Shown here: one piece after another, positions 8,477 through 17,290 of the stretch
Position numbering within the stretch: the first letter of the stretch is position 1
Layout: the number at the start of each line of letters is the position of its first letter
NCBI RefSeq assembly: GCF_000008625.1
Contig: NC_000918.1
Span: 90,001 to 122,000, forward strand
Direction: 5' to 3'
Source of the DNA: Aquifex aeolicus VF5
Lineage (GTDB): Bacteria; Aquificota; Aquificia; Aquificales; Aquificaceae
DNA: 32,000 nucleotides
Position numbers and translations under genes: made by a program
The notes under the pieces: model-generated
Database searches by the model: none
What the model saw: the letters and a program-made list of their open reading frames with translations, nothing else
Told to the model about the DNA's origin: nothing

Positions 8477-8535
8477 GAATTATTGAACGTAAAGTCCAGT
8501 AAGCTTTATCAGGTGCAATAAAGGAAAGTTCAAGT

Positions 8536-9018
8536 ATGGCTACAGTCTATTTAGGACTCGGGAGCAACGTAGGAGATAGGATATCTTACATACTTAAAGC
8601 GATAGAAAAACTTGAGGAATTTTTGGAAATAGAAAAAATATCCACAGTCTACGAAAGCAAAGCCTGGGGTTTTGAAAACCAAGGAAACTTTCTAAATTTC
8701 GTTTTAAAGGCAAAGACTTCTCTTCTCCCGCAGGAACTTCTTTTGAAGATAAAAAAAGTGGAAAAGGAAGTTGGACGAAAGGAAAGGTTTAAGTGGGGCC
8801 CGAGGGAAATAGACATAGATATACTCCTGTACAAAGATGAAGTCATCAGGACCAAACTCCTGAAAGTCCCCCATCCCTTTCTGGAAAAAAGGGATTTTTT
8901 CGTCTATCCACTACTTGAAATAGAACCGAATGTAATACATCCTATCTACAGAAAGCCTCTGAAGGAGTTTAAGCCCGAAAATACACTGAAACCTTTCTGC
9001 TGTATCTTAAAAGTATGA
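8536..9018 (+). CDS. folK: 2-amino-4-hydroxy-6-hydroxymethyldihydropteridine pyrophosphokinase (HPPK)
   Basis: 160 aa with VYLGLGSNVGDR, WGPREIDIDIL and PHP..EKRDFFVYPL motifs. Confidence 0.9.
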   Translation: MATVYLGLGSNVGDRISYILKAIEKLEEFLEIEKISTVYESKAWGFENQGNFLNFVLKAKTSLLPQELLLKIKKVEKEVGRKERFKWGPREIDIDILLYKDEVIRTKLLKVPHPFLEKRDFFVYPLLEIEPNVIHPIYRKPLKEFKPENTLKPFCCILKV

Positions 9019-10343
9019 AGCGTGTTCTCGTTGTGGACGACGAAGAAAGTATTACTTCTTCTCTCTCCGCAATCCTTGAAGAAGAAGGATACCATCCAGA
9101 TACGGCAAAGACGTTAAGGGAAGCGGAAAAGAAGATAAAGGAACTGTTCTTTCCCGTTATAGTCCTTGACGTTTGGATGCCCGACGGGGACGGTGTAAAC
9201 TTTATAGATTTCATAAAAGAAAACTCTCCCGACAGCGTTGTCATAGTAATCACGGGACACGGGAGCGTGGACACAGCGGTAAAAGCGATAAAAAAGGGAG
9301 CTTACGAGTTCTTGGAAAAACCTTTTTCCGTTGAGAGATTTCTTCTTACGATAAAACACGCCTTTGAGGAGTACTCAAAGAAAGCCCCGCCTCAGGAGGA
9401 AATAGAGTTTGTAGGGGAACACCCGAAAATTCTGGAGATAAAGAGGCTTATACCCAAAATAGCGAAGAGCAAAGCTCCTGTCCTTATAACAGGAGAAAGC
9501 GGAACGGGAAAGGAAATAGTAGCGAGGTTAATACACAGGTACTCGGGAAGAAAGGGAGCTTTTGTAGACCTGAACTGTGCTTCAATTCCTCAGGAACTGG
9601 CGGAAAGTGAACTCTTTGGACACGAAAAGGGAGCCTTCACTGGAGCACTTACGAGAAAGAAGGGAAAATTAGAACTCGCCGATCAGGGAACCCTCTTTCT
9701 GGACGAGGTGGGAGAGCTTGACCAAAGGGTTCAGGCAAAACTCTTGAGGGTTCTGGAGACGGGAAGTTTTACAAGACTCGGAGGAAATCAAAAAATAGAA
9801 GTGGACATAAGGGTAATATCCGCAACGAATAAAAATCTGGAAGAAGAAATCAAGAAAGGAAACTTCAGGGAAGATCTTTACTACAGACTTTCTGTATTTC
9901 AAATATACCTCCCGCCACTCAGGGAAAGGGGAAAGGATGTTATCCTCCTCGCGGAGTACTTTCTAAAGAAGTTCGCAAAAGAGTATAAAAAGAACTGCTT
10001 TGAACTTTCCGAAGAGACGAAGGAATACTTAATGAAACAGGAGTGGAAAGGAAACGTAAGGGAATTAAAGAACTTAATAGAGAGGGCTGTTATTTTATGC
10101 GAAGGTGAAGTCATAAAACCTGAAGATCTGGGACTGAAGGAGAAAAGCTGGAGGGACTTATCTTACCTTCTTAAGATAAAAGAGCTAAAAGAAGCAAAAA
10201 AGGAATTTGAGAAGATATTTATCGAGGAAAAGTTAAGGGAGTACGATTACGACCTGAAAAGAACCGCGGAAGAAATAGGTATAGATCTTTCAAACTTGTA
10301 CAGAAAAATAAAAAGTTTAAACATAAGAGTCAAAAGTTCATAA
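9015..10343 (+). CDS. ntrC: sigma-54-dependent response regulator (NtrC family: receiver + AAA+ + Fis-type HTH)
   Basis: Receiver domain (VVDDE, LDVWMPDGDG), Walker A GESGTGKE, GAFTGA loop (EKGAFTGA), and a C-terminal HTH (RTAEEIGIDLSNLYRKIK). The start overlaps the folK stop. Confidence 0.92.
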   Translation: MKRVLVVDDEESITSSLSAILEEEGYHPDTAKTLREAEKKIKELFFPVIVLDVWMPDGDGVNFIDFIKENSPDSVVIVITGHGSVDTAVKAIKKGAYEFLEKPFSVERFLLTIKHAFEEYSKKAPPQEEIEFVGEHPKILEIKRLIPKIAKSKAPVLITGESGTGKEIVARLIHRYSGRKGAFVDLNCASIPQELAESELFGHEKGAFTGALTRKKGKLELADQGTLFLDEVGELDQRVQAKLLRVLETGSFTRLGGNQKIEVDIRVISATNKNLEEEIKKGNFREDLYYRLSVFQIYLPPLRERGKDVILLAEYFLKKFAKEYKKNCFELSEETKEYLMKQEWKGNVRELKNLIERAVILCEGEVIKPEDLGLKEKSWRDLSYLLKIKELKEAKKEFEKIFIEEKLREYDYDLKRTAEEIGIDLSNLYRKIKSLNIRVKSS

Positions 10344-11019
10344 GAATAGACACTATACTCACGACCGCTGTTTCCGTCCTCAGGGTGTATGGCTCTAAAA
10401 GAACGGATTTAAATCCTTTTTCCCTCAGTATTTGACTTTCCCTCTTAGAAAATCCACCCTCTGGACCCACTACCACCGAGTAAGTTTTTGCCTCTAAATT
10501 CACGTCTTTGGGTTTTACACCTTCGTAGAAGTTGTCAAGGATTATATTCTCCTCAGATTCTGGGATTAAATCAGAGAGCCTTACGGGTTTCTTTATTTCC
10601 ATAGGGATAGGCCTTCTTGACTGCTTCATAGCTTCTATAACTATCCTCTTCCACTTTTCGGTTTTCTTCAGTATGGCTTCTTCCTTTTGAAAACTCCTTT
10701 CAGAGATAATGGGGACAAAGGTTAGAACTCCCAGCTCCGTTGCCTGCCTGACTATTGTATCCATAGTTTTCAAATCAACGGTAACACTCTGATACAGAGT
10801 AATATCTTTTGGAGGCAGTTTTGTTTCCAGCTCTTCCACGATTTCACAGGAAATCTCCCTTTTGTCTTCTCTCCGAACCTTGCATACGTATATTTTTCCC
10901 TCGTGTATTACTCCGAACTCTTCGTCTTTTTCAATCCTCCTTACTCTAAAATGCTTTACTTCTCCTTCCCTCAAAATAAGGAGGTTTCCGCGCCTTTCTT
11001 CTGAGTAAAAGACGTGCAT
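10330..11019 (-). CDS. rsmE: 16S rRNA (uracil1498-N3)-methyltransferase
   Basis: 229 aa with a PUA-like N-terminus and a SPOUT C-terminus containing VVGPEGGFS and LRTETA. Confidence 0.85.
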   Translation of the reverse strand: MHVFYSEERRGNLLILREGEVKHFRVRRIEKDEEFGVIHEGKIYVCKVRREDKREISCEIVEELETKLPPKDITLYQSVTVDLKTMDTIVRQATELGVLTFVPIISERSFQKEEAILKKTEKWKRIVIEAMKQSRRPIPMEIKKPVRLSDLIPESEENIILDNFYEGVKPKDVNLEAKTYSVVVGPEGGFSKRESQILREKGFKSVLLEPYTLRTETAVVSIVSILMNF

Positions 11020-11034
11020 GCTATTATCTTAACT

Positions 11035-11811
11035 ATGCGCGTAGGGATAGTGGGTTTTGGGAATATGGGACAGGCTTTTGCCTTGTGCTTTTCAAAAAAA
11101 CTCGGTAAAGAAAACATAATAGTCACGGACAAGGTTCAGGAAAAGAGAAACCTCGCAACGGAGATGGGAATAGCTTTTGCAAGTGATGTAAAATTCTTGG
11201 CGGACAACTCAGACGTTGTTCTCGTAGCGGTAAAGCCCAAGGACTCGCAGGAGGTTTTACAAAAACTAAAGGATTACAAAGGGATAATTCTCAGCATAAT
11301 GGCGGGAGTGAGTATTGAGAAAATGGAAAAAATCTTAGGAAAGGATAAAAAGATAGTAAGGGTAATGCCAAACGTAAACGTGGCCGTGGGAAGCGGTGTT
11401 ATGGCGATAACCGACAACGGGAACCTGAGCGAAGAAGAAAGAAGTAAAGTAGAGGAACTTCTGCTTTCCTGCGGAACTCTTTACCGTATAGAGGAAAGAT
11501 TATTTGACGCCTTTACCGCACTTGCAGGAAGCGGACCCGCTTTCGTTTTCTCCTTTATAGACGCTCTGGCACTTGCGGGAGTCCATCAAGGTTTTTCTTA
11601 CGAACAAGCCCTCAGGATAGCCCTTGACACGGTTATGGGTAGTGCAAAACTCTTGAAAGAGTTTCAGGTAAATCCTAACGAGCTCATAGCTAAGGTCACC
11701 TCTCCCGGCGGAACGACTATTGAAGGGATAAAGTACCTTGAGGAAAAGGGATTTAAAGGCACGGTTATGGAATGTATAAACAGGACTTCCCAGAAGGCAA
11801 AGAAGCTTTGA
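11035..11811 (+). CDS. proC: pyrroline-5-carboxylate reductase
   Basis: MRVGIVGFGNMG Rossmann N-terminus and SPGGTT motif. ATG 11035 is preferred over the upstream 11014 start, which would overlap the rsmE start. Confidence 0.9.
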   Translation: MRVGIVGFGNMGQAFALCFSKKLGKENIIVTDKVQEKRNLATEMGIAFASDVKFLADNSDVVLVAVKPKDSQEVLQKLKDYKGIILSIMAGVSIEKMEKILGKDKKIVRVMPNVNVAVGSGVMAITDNGNLSEEERSKVEELLLSCGTLYRIEERLFDAFTALAGSGPAFVFSFIDALALAGVHQGFSYEQALRIALDTVMGSAKLLKEFQVNPNELIAKVTSPGGTTIEGIKYLEEKGFKGTVMECINRTSQKAKKL

Positions 11812-12392
11812 ATTTAGAGATAAGGCTGGGAAATAAACTCGTAAGATTCAGGAAATTCACAGGAAAGGAAAAGATTTACCTTCCCATTCAAAGACACACC
11901 GATAAAGTTATAAAACTAATTGATAAAGACTCACCACCCCTTGAGGGAGATGCGGTAATAACGAACTTAAAGAACGTAGAAATTGGGGTAAGAACAGCGG
12001 ATTGCGTGCCGATAATACTTCTTGGAAAGGAATGGGTAGGCGCGGTTCACGCAGGCTGGAGAGGGCTAAAAAAGGGGATAATAGCGAAAACCCTAAAAGC
12101 ATTAAAAGAAGAAGGAGAAGACGACATTACGGCTTTAGTCTTTCCCTCCGCAAAGGGTTGTTGTTACGAAGTGGGAAAAGAGTTTAAAGAATTTTTCAGA
12201 AGGAATTTAAAGGAAAGAAACGGAAAGCTTTTCTTTGATCCTCAGAGGGAAGCTGTAGAACAACTAAGGGAGAACGGAATAAAGAGTATTCTTGTATGGG
12301 AAAAGTGCACTATATGTTCTCCGGAGCTACCCTCCTACAGGAGGGATAAAACGAAAGAAAGAATGCTTACAAGCGTCGTTATACTGTTTTAA
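11772..12392 (+). CDS. pgeF: YfiH/PgeF (DUF152) purine nucleoside phosphorylase / peptidoglycan editing factor family
   Basis: Motifs QRHTDKV, GDAVIT, TADCVPI, HAGWRG, CYEV and SYRRD. The exact start is uncertain; the ORF overlaps the proC 3' end by 40 nt. Confidence 0.75.
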   Translation: MYKQDFPEGKEALNLEIRLGNKLVRFRKFTGKEKIYLPIQRHTDKVIKLIDKDSPPLEGDAVITNLKNVEIGVRTADCVPIILLGKEWVGAVHAGWRGLKKGIIAKTLKALKEEGEDDITALVFPSAKGCCYEVGKEFKEFFRRNLKERNGKLFFDPQREAVEQLRENGIKSILVWEKCTICSPELPSYRRDKTKERMLTSVVILF

Positions 12393-13296
12393 TCTTCCCT
12401 GCAAAGTTCTTTTATTTCTTCCAGATAAACCTTTATTATCTTCAAATAGCTTTTATACCTCTCACACGAAATTTCTCCGTTCTTTACTGCTTCTTTTACA
12501 GCACAGCCCGGTTCGTTCGTATGCGTGCAGTCAGGGTACTTACACTGATACCTTAAAAACTCCCTGAAGTAATTTCTCACTTCTCTTGGTTTTACGAACA
12601 TCGTAGCCTCAACCTTTGAAAATCCGGGAGTGTCCCCTACAAAGGATCCCTTTCCGAAGGGAATTAACCTGACTCCCGTGGTGGTATGTCTTCCTCTTTC
12701 CGTTTTTTCGCTTACTTCCTGCGTTCTCAACTCTTCTCCCGTGAGCCTTGAAAGGATTGAGCTCTTACCTACACCCGAGGGTCCCGCCAAAATGCATATA
12801 AAACCTTCAAGGTAATCAACTAGTTCATCTATTCCCTCTCCCGTTTTAGCGCTTACCTTGAGAACGTCGTAGCCCGCATCCCTGTAAATGCTATCCATCT
12901 TTCAAGTTCCTTCTTTTCCTCTTCGTTCAAAAGATCTATTTTGTTAAACACTATTACGGGTTCTACTTTGAAGTATTCGTAAACGACTAGCATGTTGTCA
13001 AGCAGGTAGTTGTTGAATTCTGGCATTTTTAAAGTTTCAACTATTATTACTCTGTCAACGTTTGCGACTTTGGGTCTTATGAGGAGGTTTTTCCTTTCCT
13101 CTACCTCTTCTATCGCAAAGGTATTCGGATCTACAACCTCTCCCCAGACGTAATCACCGGCGTTAATTTTTGTCTTCTTCAGAACTTTTCCCCTCGGAAT
13201 TCCCCTGTAAGTTTTGCCGTCCTCAAACAGGTAAACGCCTATCATCTGGGCTTCCCTGTCTACGACGAGTCCCCTTTTCAATTCTTTCTTTCCCAT
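12389..13296 (-). pseudogene. rsgA: ribosome small-subunit biogenesis GTPase RsgA/YjeQ, frame broken by a 1-nt deletion near 12896-12900
   Basis: ORF 12853-13296 carries the OB fold and the G4 motif (VFNKIDL). ORF 12389-12898 carries G1 (GPSGVGKSS), G3 (DTPGF) and the C-terminal zinc knuckle (CKYPDCTHTNEPGC). The junction reads ...KKELER / DSIYRDAGYDV. Confidence 0.9.
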
Positions 13297-13298
13297 AA

Positions 13299-14660
13299 CT
13301 ACACCTCTTTTTCAAGCTCTTTAATTGCCCATTTAAGTGTATCAATAACGTAGTTCATTTCGTCTTCCTCTATTACAAGAGGCATCATCAATACCATAAC
13401 GTCTCCGAGCGGTCTCAAAAACACCCCTTTTTCCCTGCACTTGTAAGCCACCTTAAATCCCGTCCTTTCACCGTAAGGGAAAGGTTCTCCCTTTTCTTTG
13501 TCCTTCACCAGCTCTATTCCAGCCATAAAACCTAGCTGTCTAACATCTCCAACGTGCTTGAGTTCCCAGAACTCCTGAAGCCTTTCCTTTAAAAGCTTTA
13601 TCTTTGGTTGGAGCTTCTCTAAAGTTCTTTCTTCCTCAAAAACTTCTAAGTTTGCGAGTGCAACGGAACAGGCGAGGTTATTTCCAGTGTAGGTGTGCCC
13701 GTGGTAAAAGTGCTTTGCCTCCCCGAACTCACCTAAAAAGGCATTGAACACCTCGTCCGTTGTGAGTGTCGCAGCAAGCGGGAGGTACCCTCCGGTTATA
13801 CCCTTACCTAGACACATAAAGTCCGGACTGACTCCTTCCTGCTCACAGTAAAACATCGTTCCCGTCCTGCCAAATCCCGTGGCAACCTCGTCAACTATCA
13901 TTAAAGTGTCGTATTTCTTCGTAAGCTCCCTTACGCCTTTCAAAAATCCCGGAGGGAAGGGGAGCATTCCCGCGGCTGCCTGAATTCCCGCTTCCATAAT
14001 GACCGCAACGATATCTTCCCGCGACTTCAGGATATCTTCCAGTTGTTTTAATAAATCTGCCGTGCACTCAGGGCAGAGTTCCCCGTACTTTTCCTTGCAG
14101 TACAGGTAAGGAGATGGGAGTTTTATAGTCTTGAAAAGGAGATCTTTATAAGTTCCGTGGAAGAGTTCTATACCCCCTACGCTAACCGCTCCTACAGTAT
14201 CCCCGTGGTAGGCTTCGGAAAGCGTTATGAAAACGTTTTTCCCTTTAACTCCCTTGTTCTTCCAGTAGTGATAAGCCATCTTTATCGCTATCTCTACTGC
14301 TTCCGCACCGTCTTCGGAGTAAAAGACCTTGTTTAATCCTTCAGGAGAAATTTCTACAAGCTTCTTTGCAAGGAGTATGGCGGGAACGTTGGAACTTCCC
14401 AGAGTAGTTGTGTGAGCTACCTTACAGAGCTGTTTCATAACTGCGTTGTTCAGTTTAGGGTGGTTATGTCCGTGGACGTTGCACCAGAGGGAAGATATGG
14501 CATCTATATACTTCCTGCCGTATATGTCCCACAGGTAAACGCCTTCTCCGCGTTCAAATATCAGGTTTTCTTCTTCTCTGTAGACTTTCATCTGGGTAAA
14601 TGGATGCCAGAAGTACTCCTTGTCCCACTTTTCGAGCGTTTTAGGGTCTAATTCCCACAT
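13299..14660 (-). CDS. bioA: adenosylmethionine-8-amino-7-oxononanoate aminotransferase
   Basis: Class III PLP aminotransferase with WHPFTQM, DEVATGFGRTG and the Lys in CLGKGITGGY. ATG 14660 (MWELDPK) is preferred over the TTG at 14690. Confidence 0.92.
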   Translation of the reverse strand: MWELDPKTLEKWDKEYFWHPFTQMKVYREEENLIFERGEGVYLWDIYGRKYIDAISSLWCNVHGHNHPKLNNAVMKQLCKVAHTTTLGSSNVPAILLAKKLVEISPEGLNKVFYSEDGAEAVEIAIKMAYHYWKNKGVKGKNVFITLSEAYHGDTVGAVSVGGIELFHGTYKDLLFKTIKLPSPYLYCKEKYGELCPECTADLLKQLEDILKSREDIVAVIMEAGIQAAAGMLPFPPGFLKGVRELTKKYDTLMIVDEVATGFGRTGTMFYCEQEGVSPDFMCLGKGITGGYLPLAATLTTDEVFNAFLGEFGEAKHFYHGHTYTGNNLACSVALANLEVFEEERTLEKLQPKIKLLKERLQEFWELKHVGDVRQLGFMAGIELVKDKEKGEPFPYGERTGFKVAYKCREKGVFLRPLGDVMVLMMPLVIEEDEMNYVIDTLKWAIKELEKEV

Positions 14661-14718
14661 AGTAATATAGTATCTAAAGAAACACCACAAATACTTGAGT
14701 GTTTTTGTAAAAATAGTA

Positions 14719-15598
14719 ATGATGCACGAGAAGCTGGAAAGGATTTGTTCCGTAATAGAACACTACCTCTCGGATATTTTGGGAAGGATAAGGGTGTACA
14801 GGGATGAGGCAAACTTCCTTATACCTTGGGGTTCTACTGTAATAAACGTGAACGTGTTTGGAGGAAGAAGAGGTATACATTGATGTAAACTCCCCTGTGG
14901 CTTTAAAGGTTCATCCGAGTAAAGACTTGATGAAGTTCCTATTATCGGAAAACGCAAACCTGAAGATGGCGTCTTTTTTTACGGAATTCGAAAAGGGTTT
15001 TATGGATATAATCGTAGGCATAAAAATAAGGTATAAGGATTTATCAAGGGAATTATTAAAGTTTGTAGTACTCAACATAGGTAATTTGGCAAACGAATAC
15101 GGAAAGGAAATAAGGGCTGTATTCGGTGGACTCTCCTTTAAGGAATATCTGGAGAGAGAAAAGTACTCTTACCCTTATTCGGGAGAAAAGCTCTTTCAGG
15201 AGAAGATTTCAATTAACGGAACGCTGCTTTTACTTGAAGTGTATGTGAAAGAAGAAAATTACACACTCATATGCCGAGAGGAAGGTAGTTCCAATTACCT
15301 TATAAAGGCTATAAGAAAAGTTGAAGGCCCCTATGAGGCTTTAAAAATACTTGAAAAAGCAAAAGAAAGTATTAAGAACAGAGATTTTGTATCTTTGAGA
15401 AAACTCTTCAGTCCGTACGAGGTAGACTTTTTTGAACTTTATTCCGTATTCCTTAAAGGAAAGGACACGACAAAACTGAAAAAACTTGAAAAAGAAATTC
15501 ACGAACTCCCGTATATGCTTATAAACGGAAAAATAACTTACGAGGAGTATAAGAAGAGGATAAGGGAAATAGAAAAGGAAATAGGGCTTTCGGAGTAG
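14719..15598 (+). pseudogene. YbjN-like (putative sensory-transduction/chaperone-like) domain protein with a long C-terminal extension, frame break near 14860-14861
   Basis: ORF 14695-14883 (…FLIPWGSTVINVNVF) and ORF 14858-15598 (EEEEVYIDVNSPVALKV...LLSENANLKMASF) together form one YbjN-type domain. This needs removal of one G from TTTGGAGG. The domain assignment is by eye. Confidence 0.5.
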
Positions 15599-15603
15599 CA
15601 AGA

Positions 15604-15816
15604 ATGAAATTAAAAAAACCTGCTAAAAAAACCTTAGAGGAAATAGGAAAACACTACCTGAATATCGGAGTAGCTATTATAGTTTTCGCAATAATACAAC
15701 CTATTGTACAGGGGAAATTTAATATTAAAGTTGCTCTATATTTTGGATTAGCATATTTTATTGTTTTCTCAATTGCAATAATATTATTAGTAATAGGAGG
15801 TTCCTGTGATGAATGA
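15604..15816 (+). CDS. small two-TM membrane protein, unknown function
   Basis: 70 aa with a basic N-terminus (MKLKKPAKK) and two hydrophobic helices. It lies in a markedly AT-rich segment. Confidence 0.45.
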   Translation: MKLKKPAKKTLEEIGKHYLNIGVAIIVFAIIQPIVQGKFNIKVALYFGLAYFIVFSIAIILLVIGGSCDE

Positions 15817-15928
15817 TATGTTTTTATATTACTTAATTCTTTTTTCTTTTGTATTACTCGCAGGAATATTTGGAATAGGAATAGTAATTCTGAGTTCTAA
15901 ATATAGTGATACTAAAAACAAGACTTAA
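15809..15928 (+). CDS. possible 39-aa single-TM protein (MNDMFLYYLILFSFVLLAGIFGIGIVILSSKYSDTKNKT)
   Basis: It is below the ORF-track cutoff. GGAGG lies upstream at 15796-15800. The ORF overlaps the preceding ORF by 8 nt, and its 3' end overlaps the convergent glycosylase gene. Confidence 0.3.
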   Translation: MNDMFLYYLILFSFVLLAGIFGIGIVILSSKYSDTKNKT

Positions 15929-16574
15929 TACATTTCTCTCTCAGCGGACACTCTTCACATAGTGGCTTTTTCTTGCAAAACTCCTTTGCATGAATGTCTA
16001 TAAGTGCGTGAAATTCTCTGTAAATTTCTAAATCTTTTGGCAAATTTTTCTCAAAAAGTCTTTTTATTTCTTCGTAAGAACCTTTTATATTCCACAATCT
16101 TTCGAGGAGTCTTTTGGTGTAGGCGTCTACAACGAACTCCAGTCTGTCGAGAGCGTAAAGTAGAATAGCATCAGCGGTTTCTTTTCCTATTCCTTTAACT
16201 TTTAAGAGGTCTTCCCTCTTCACATTTTTTAGATGGGAAATACTCGGAAACTTGTTCGCAAACTCCTTAAGGTATAGGCTCTTCTGTCTGTAAAATCCCG
16301 CAGGTTTTATTAATTCCATTAATTTTTCAGTAGGAATTTCCTTTATCGCCTTCAAGTTCAGGGCTTTTTCCCGTTTTAAGTTTTCCAGAGCTTTTTCAAC
16401 GTTTTTCCACGAAGTGTTTTGAGTCAGAATTGCACCGATGATTACCTCTTCTCTGGGATCGGAACCGTGAGTTTTGTGGTATTCAAGATCTACAGGCCAC
16501 CAGTTTTGCTTTCCGTAAAACTGAAGGAGTTTATCGTAAAGTTCAATTAACTCTCTTTTACCAATTCCAGACAT
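15912..16574 (-). CDS. endonuclease III-related HhH-GPD DNA glycosylase (COG2231/MpgII-like) with a C-terminal Fe-S Cys cluster
   Basis: Helix-hairpin-helix LLKVKGIGKETADAILLYAL, catalytic-region VVDAYTKRLL, and C-terminal CKKKPLCEECPLREKC. Confidence 0.85.
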   Translation of the reverse strand: MSGIGKRELIELYDKLLQFYGKQNWWPVDLEYHKTHGSDPREEVIIGAILTQNTSWKNVEKALENLKREKALNLKAIKEIPTEKLMELIKPAGFYRQKSLYLKEFANKFPSISHLKNVKREDLLKVKGIGKETADAILLYALDRLEFVVDAYTKRLLERLWNIKGSYEEIKRLFEKNLPKDLEIYREFHALIDIHAKEFCKKKPLCEECPLREKCIKSCF

Positions 16575-17290
16575 CCAAATCCCTGATAACGGCGGAAACC
16601 GAGTCCGTACTTGTACACTTCGTTTAAAACGTATGGGTCACCTTCTAAAGTAAAAACTCCTTGATAGGCTACTATCTTTATGACTTTTTCGTTTTCTCTG
16701 TTTCCTACGACGTGTTTTACAACGGACTTCTTCCCTTCTTGGTGTTCAAACTTTAGTTCCGGAAGACCGTTGAAAATACACTTCAAAGAATACCTGAGTT
16801 CCTGCGTAAAGGCTCCGTCGTCGTATAAAATGAAATCGTCATTTCTATTTCCGAGCTTTGAAGGAAGAACAGGCTTTTTATCCCTGTTTATAACGACTAT
16901 GGGGGAAAGCGTTCTAAAGGTTTGTCTTGGCTTTGTAATTTGTTCTTCCTCGCACATAAGAACCTTCTTTACCTTAATGTTTCCGTTTGTGTATCTGCCG
17001 TTGTATTCCCTTAACTTTTTTAGTCCGTTGTAGAACCTGTGGAAAAAGTCAGGACTTCCCGAAGACACGGTCATTATAGCCTTCCCGTTGTTTTCAAGGA
17101 TTTCACCGTTTATCCTTATATTTTCGAAGAACACGCAAAAGGTAAAAGGTTTAAAGTTCTTCTTCTGGAAGAGATCCTTTGCGTAATTCTCGTCTTCCTT
17201 CTCTAAAGCCTTTTTTATTAAGGAAAGGAAGGATCGTCTGTAGAAGATCGATATCTCCTTGGGGACTTCCAGATAAGCTTTTACCCTCAT
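16547..17290 (-). CDS. cas6: Cas6-like RAMP-family endoribonuclease homologue (stand-alone)
   Basis: 247 aa. The N-terminus reads MRVKAYLEV...KPFTFCVF. TLSPIVV occurs mid-protein. The C-terminal glycine-rich loop GLGFRRYQGFG fits the Cas6 G-x-G-x5-G-x-G signature exactly. The ATG overlaps the yidC stop (ATGA). Confidence 0.6.
   Translation of the reverse strand: MRVKAYLEVPKEISIFYRRSFLSLIKKALEKEDENYAKDLFQKKNFKPFTFCVFFENIRINGEILENNGKAIMTVSSGSPDFFHRFYNGLKKLREYNGRYTNGNIKVKKVLMCEEEQITKPRQTFRTLSPIVVINRDKKPVLPSKLGNRNDDFILYDDGAFTQELRYSLKCIFNGLPELKFEHQEGKKSVVKHVVGNRENEKVIKIVAYQGVFTLEGDPYVLNEVYKYGLGFRRYQGFGCLELVKES

Noticed and set aside
11567-11576. TGGCAC followed by TTGC, resembling sigma-54 -24/-12 elements
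   Set aside because: The two elements are directly adjacent instead of separated by about 5 nt, and they lie inside the proC coding sequence. This is most likely chance.
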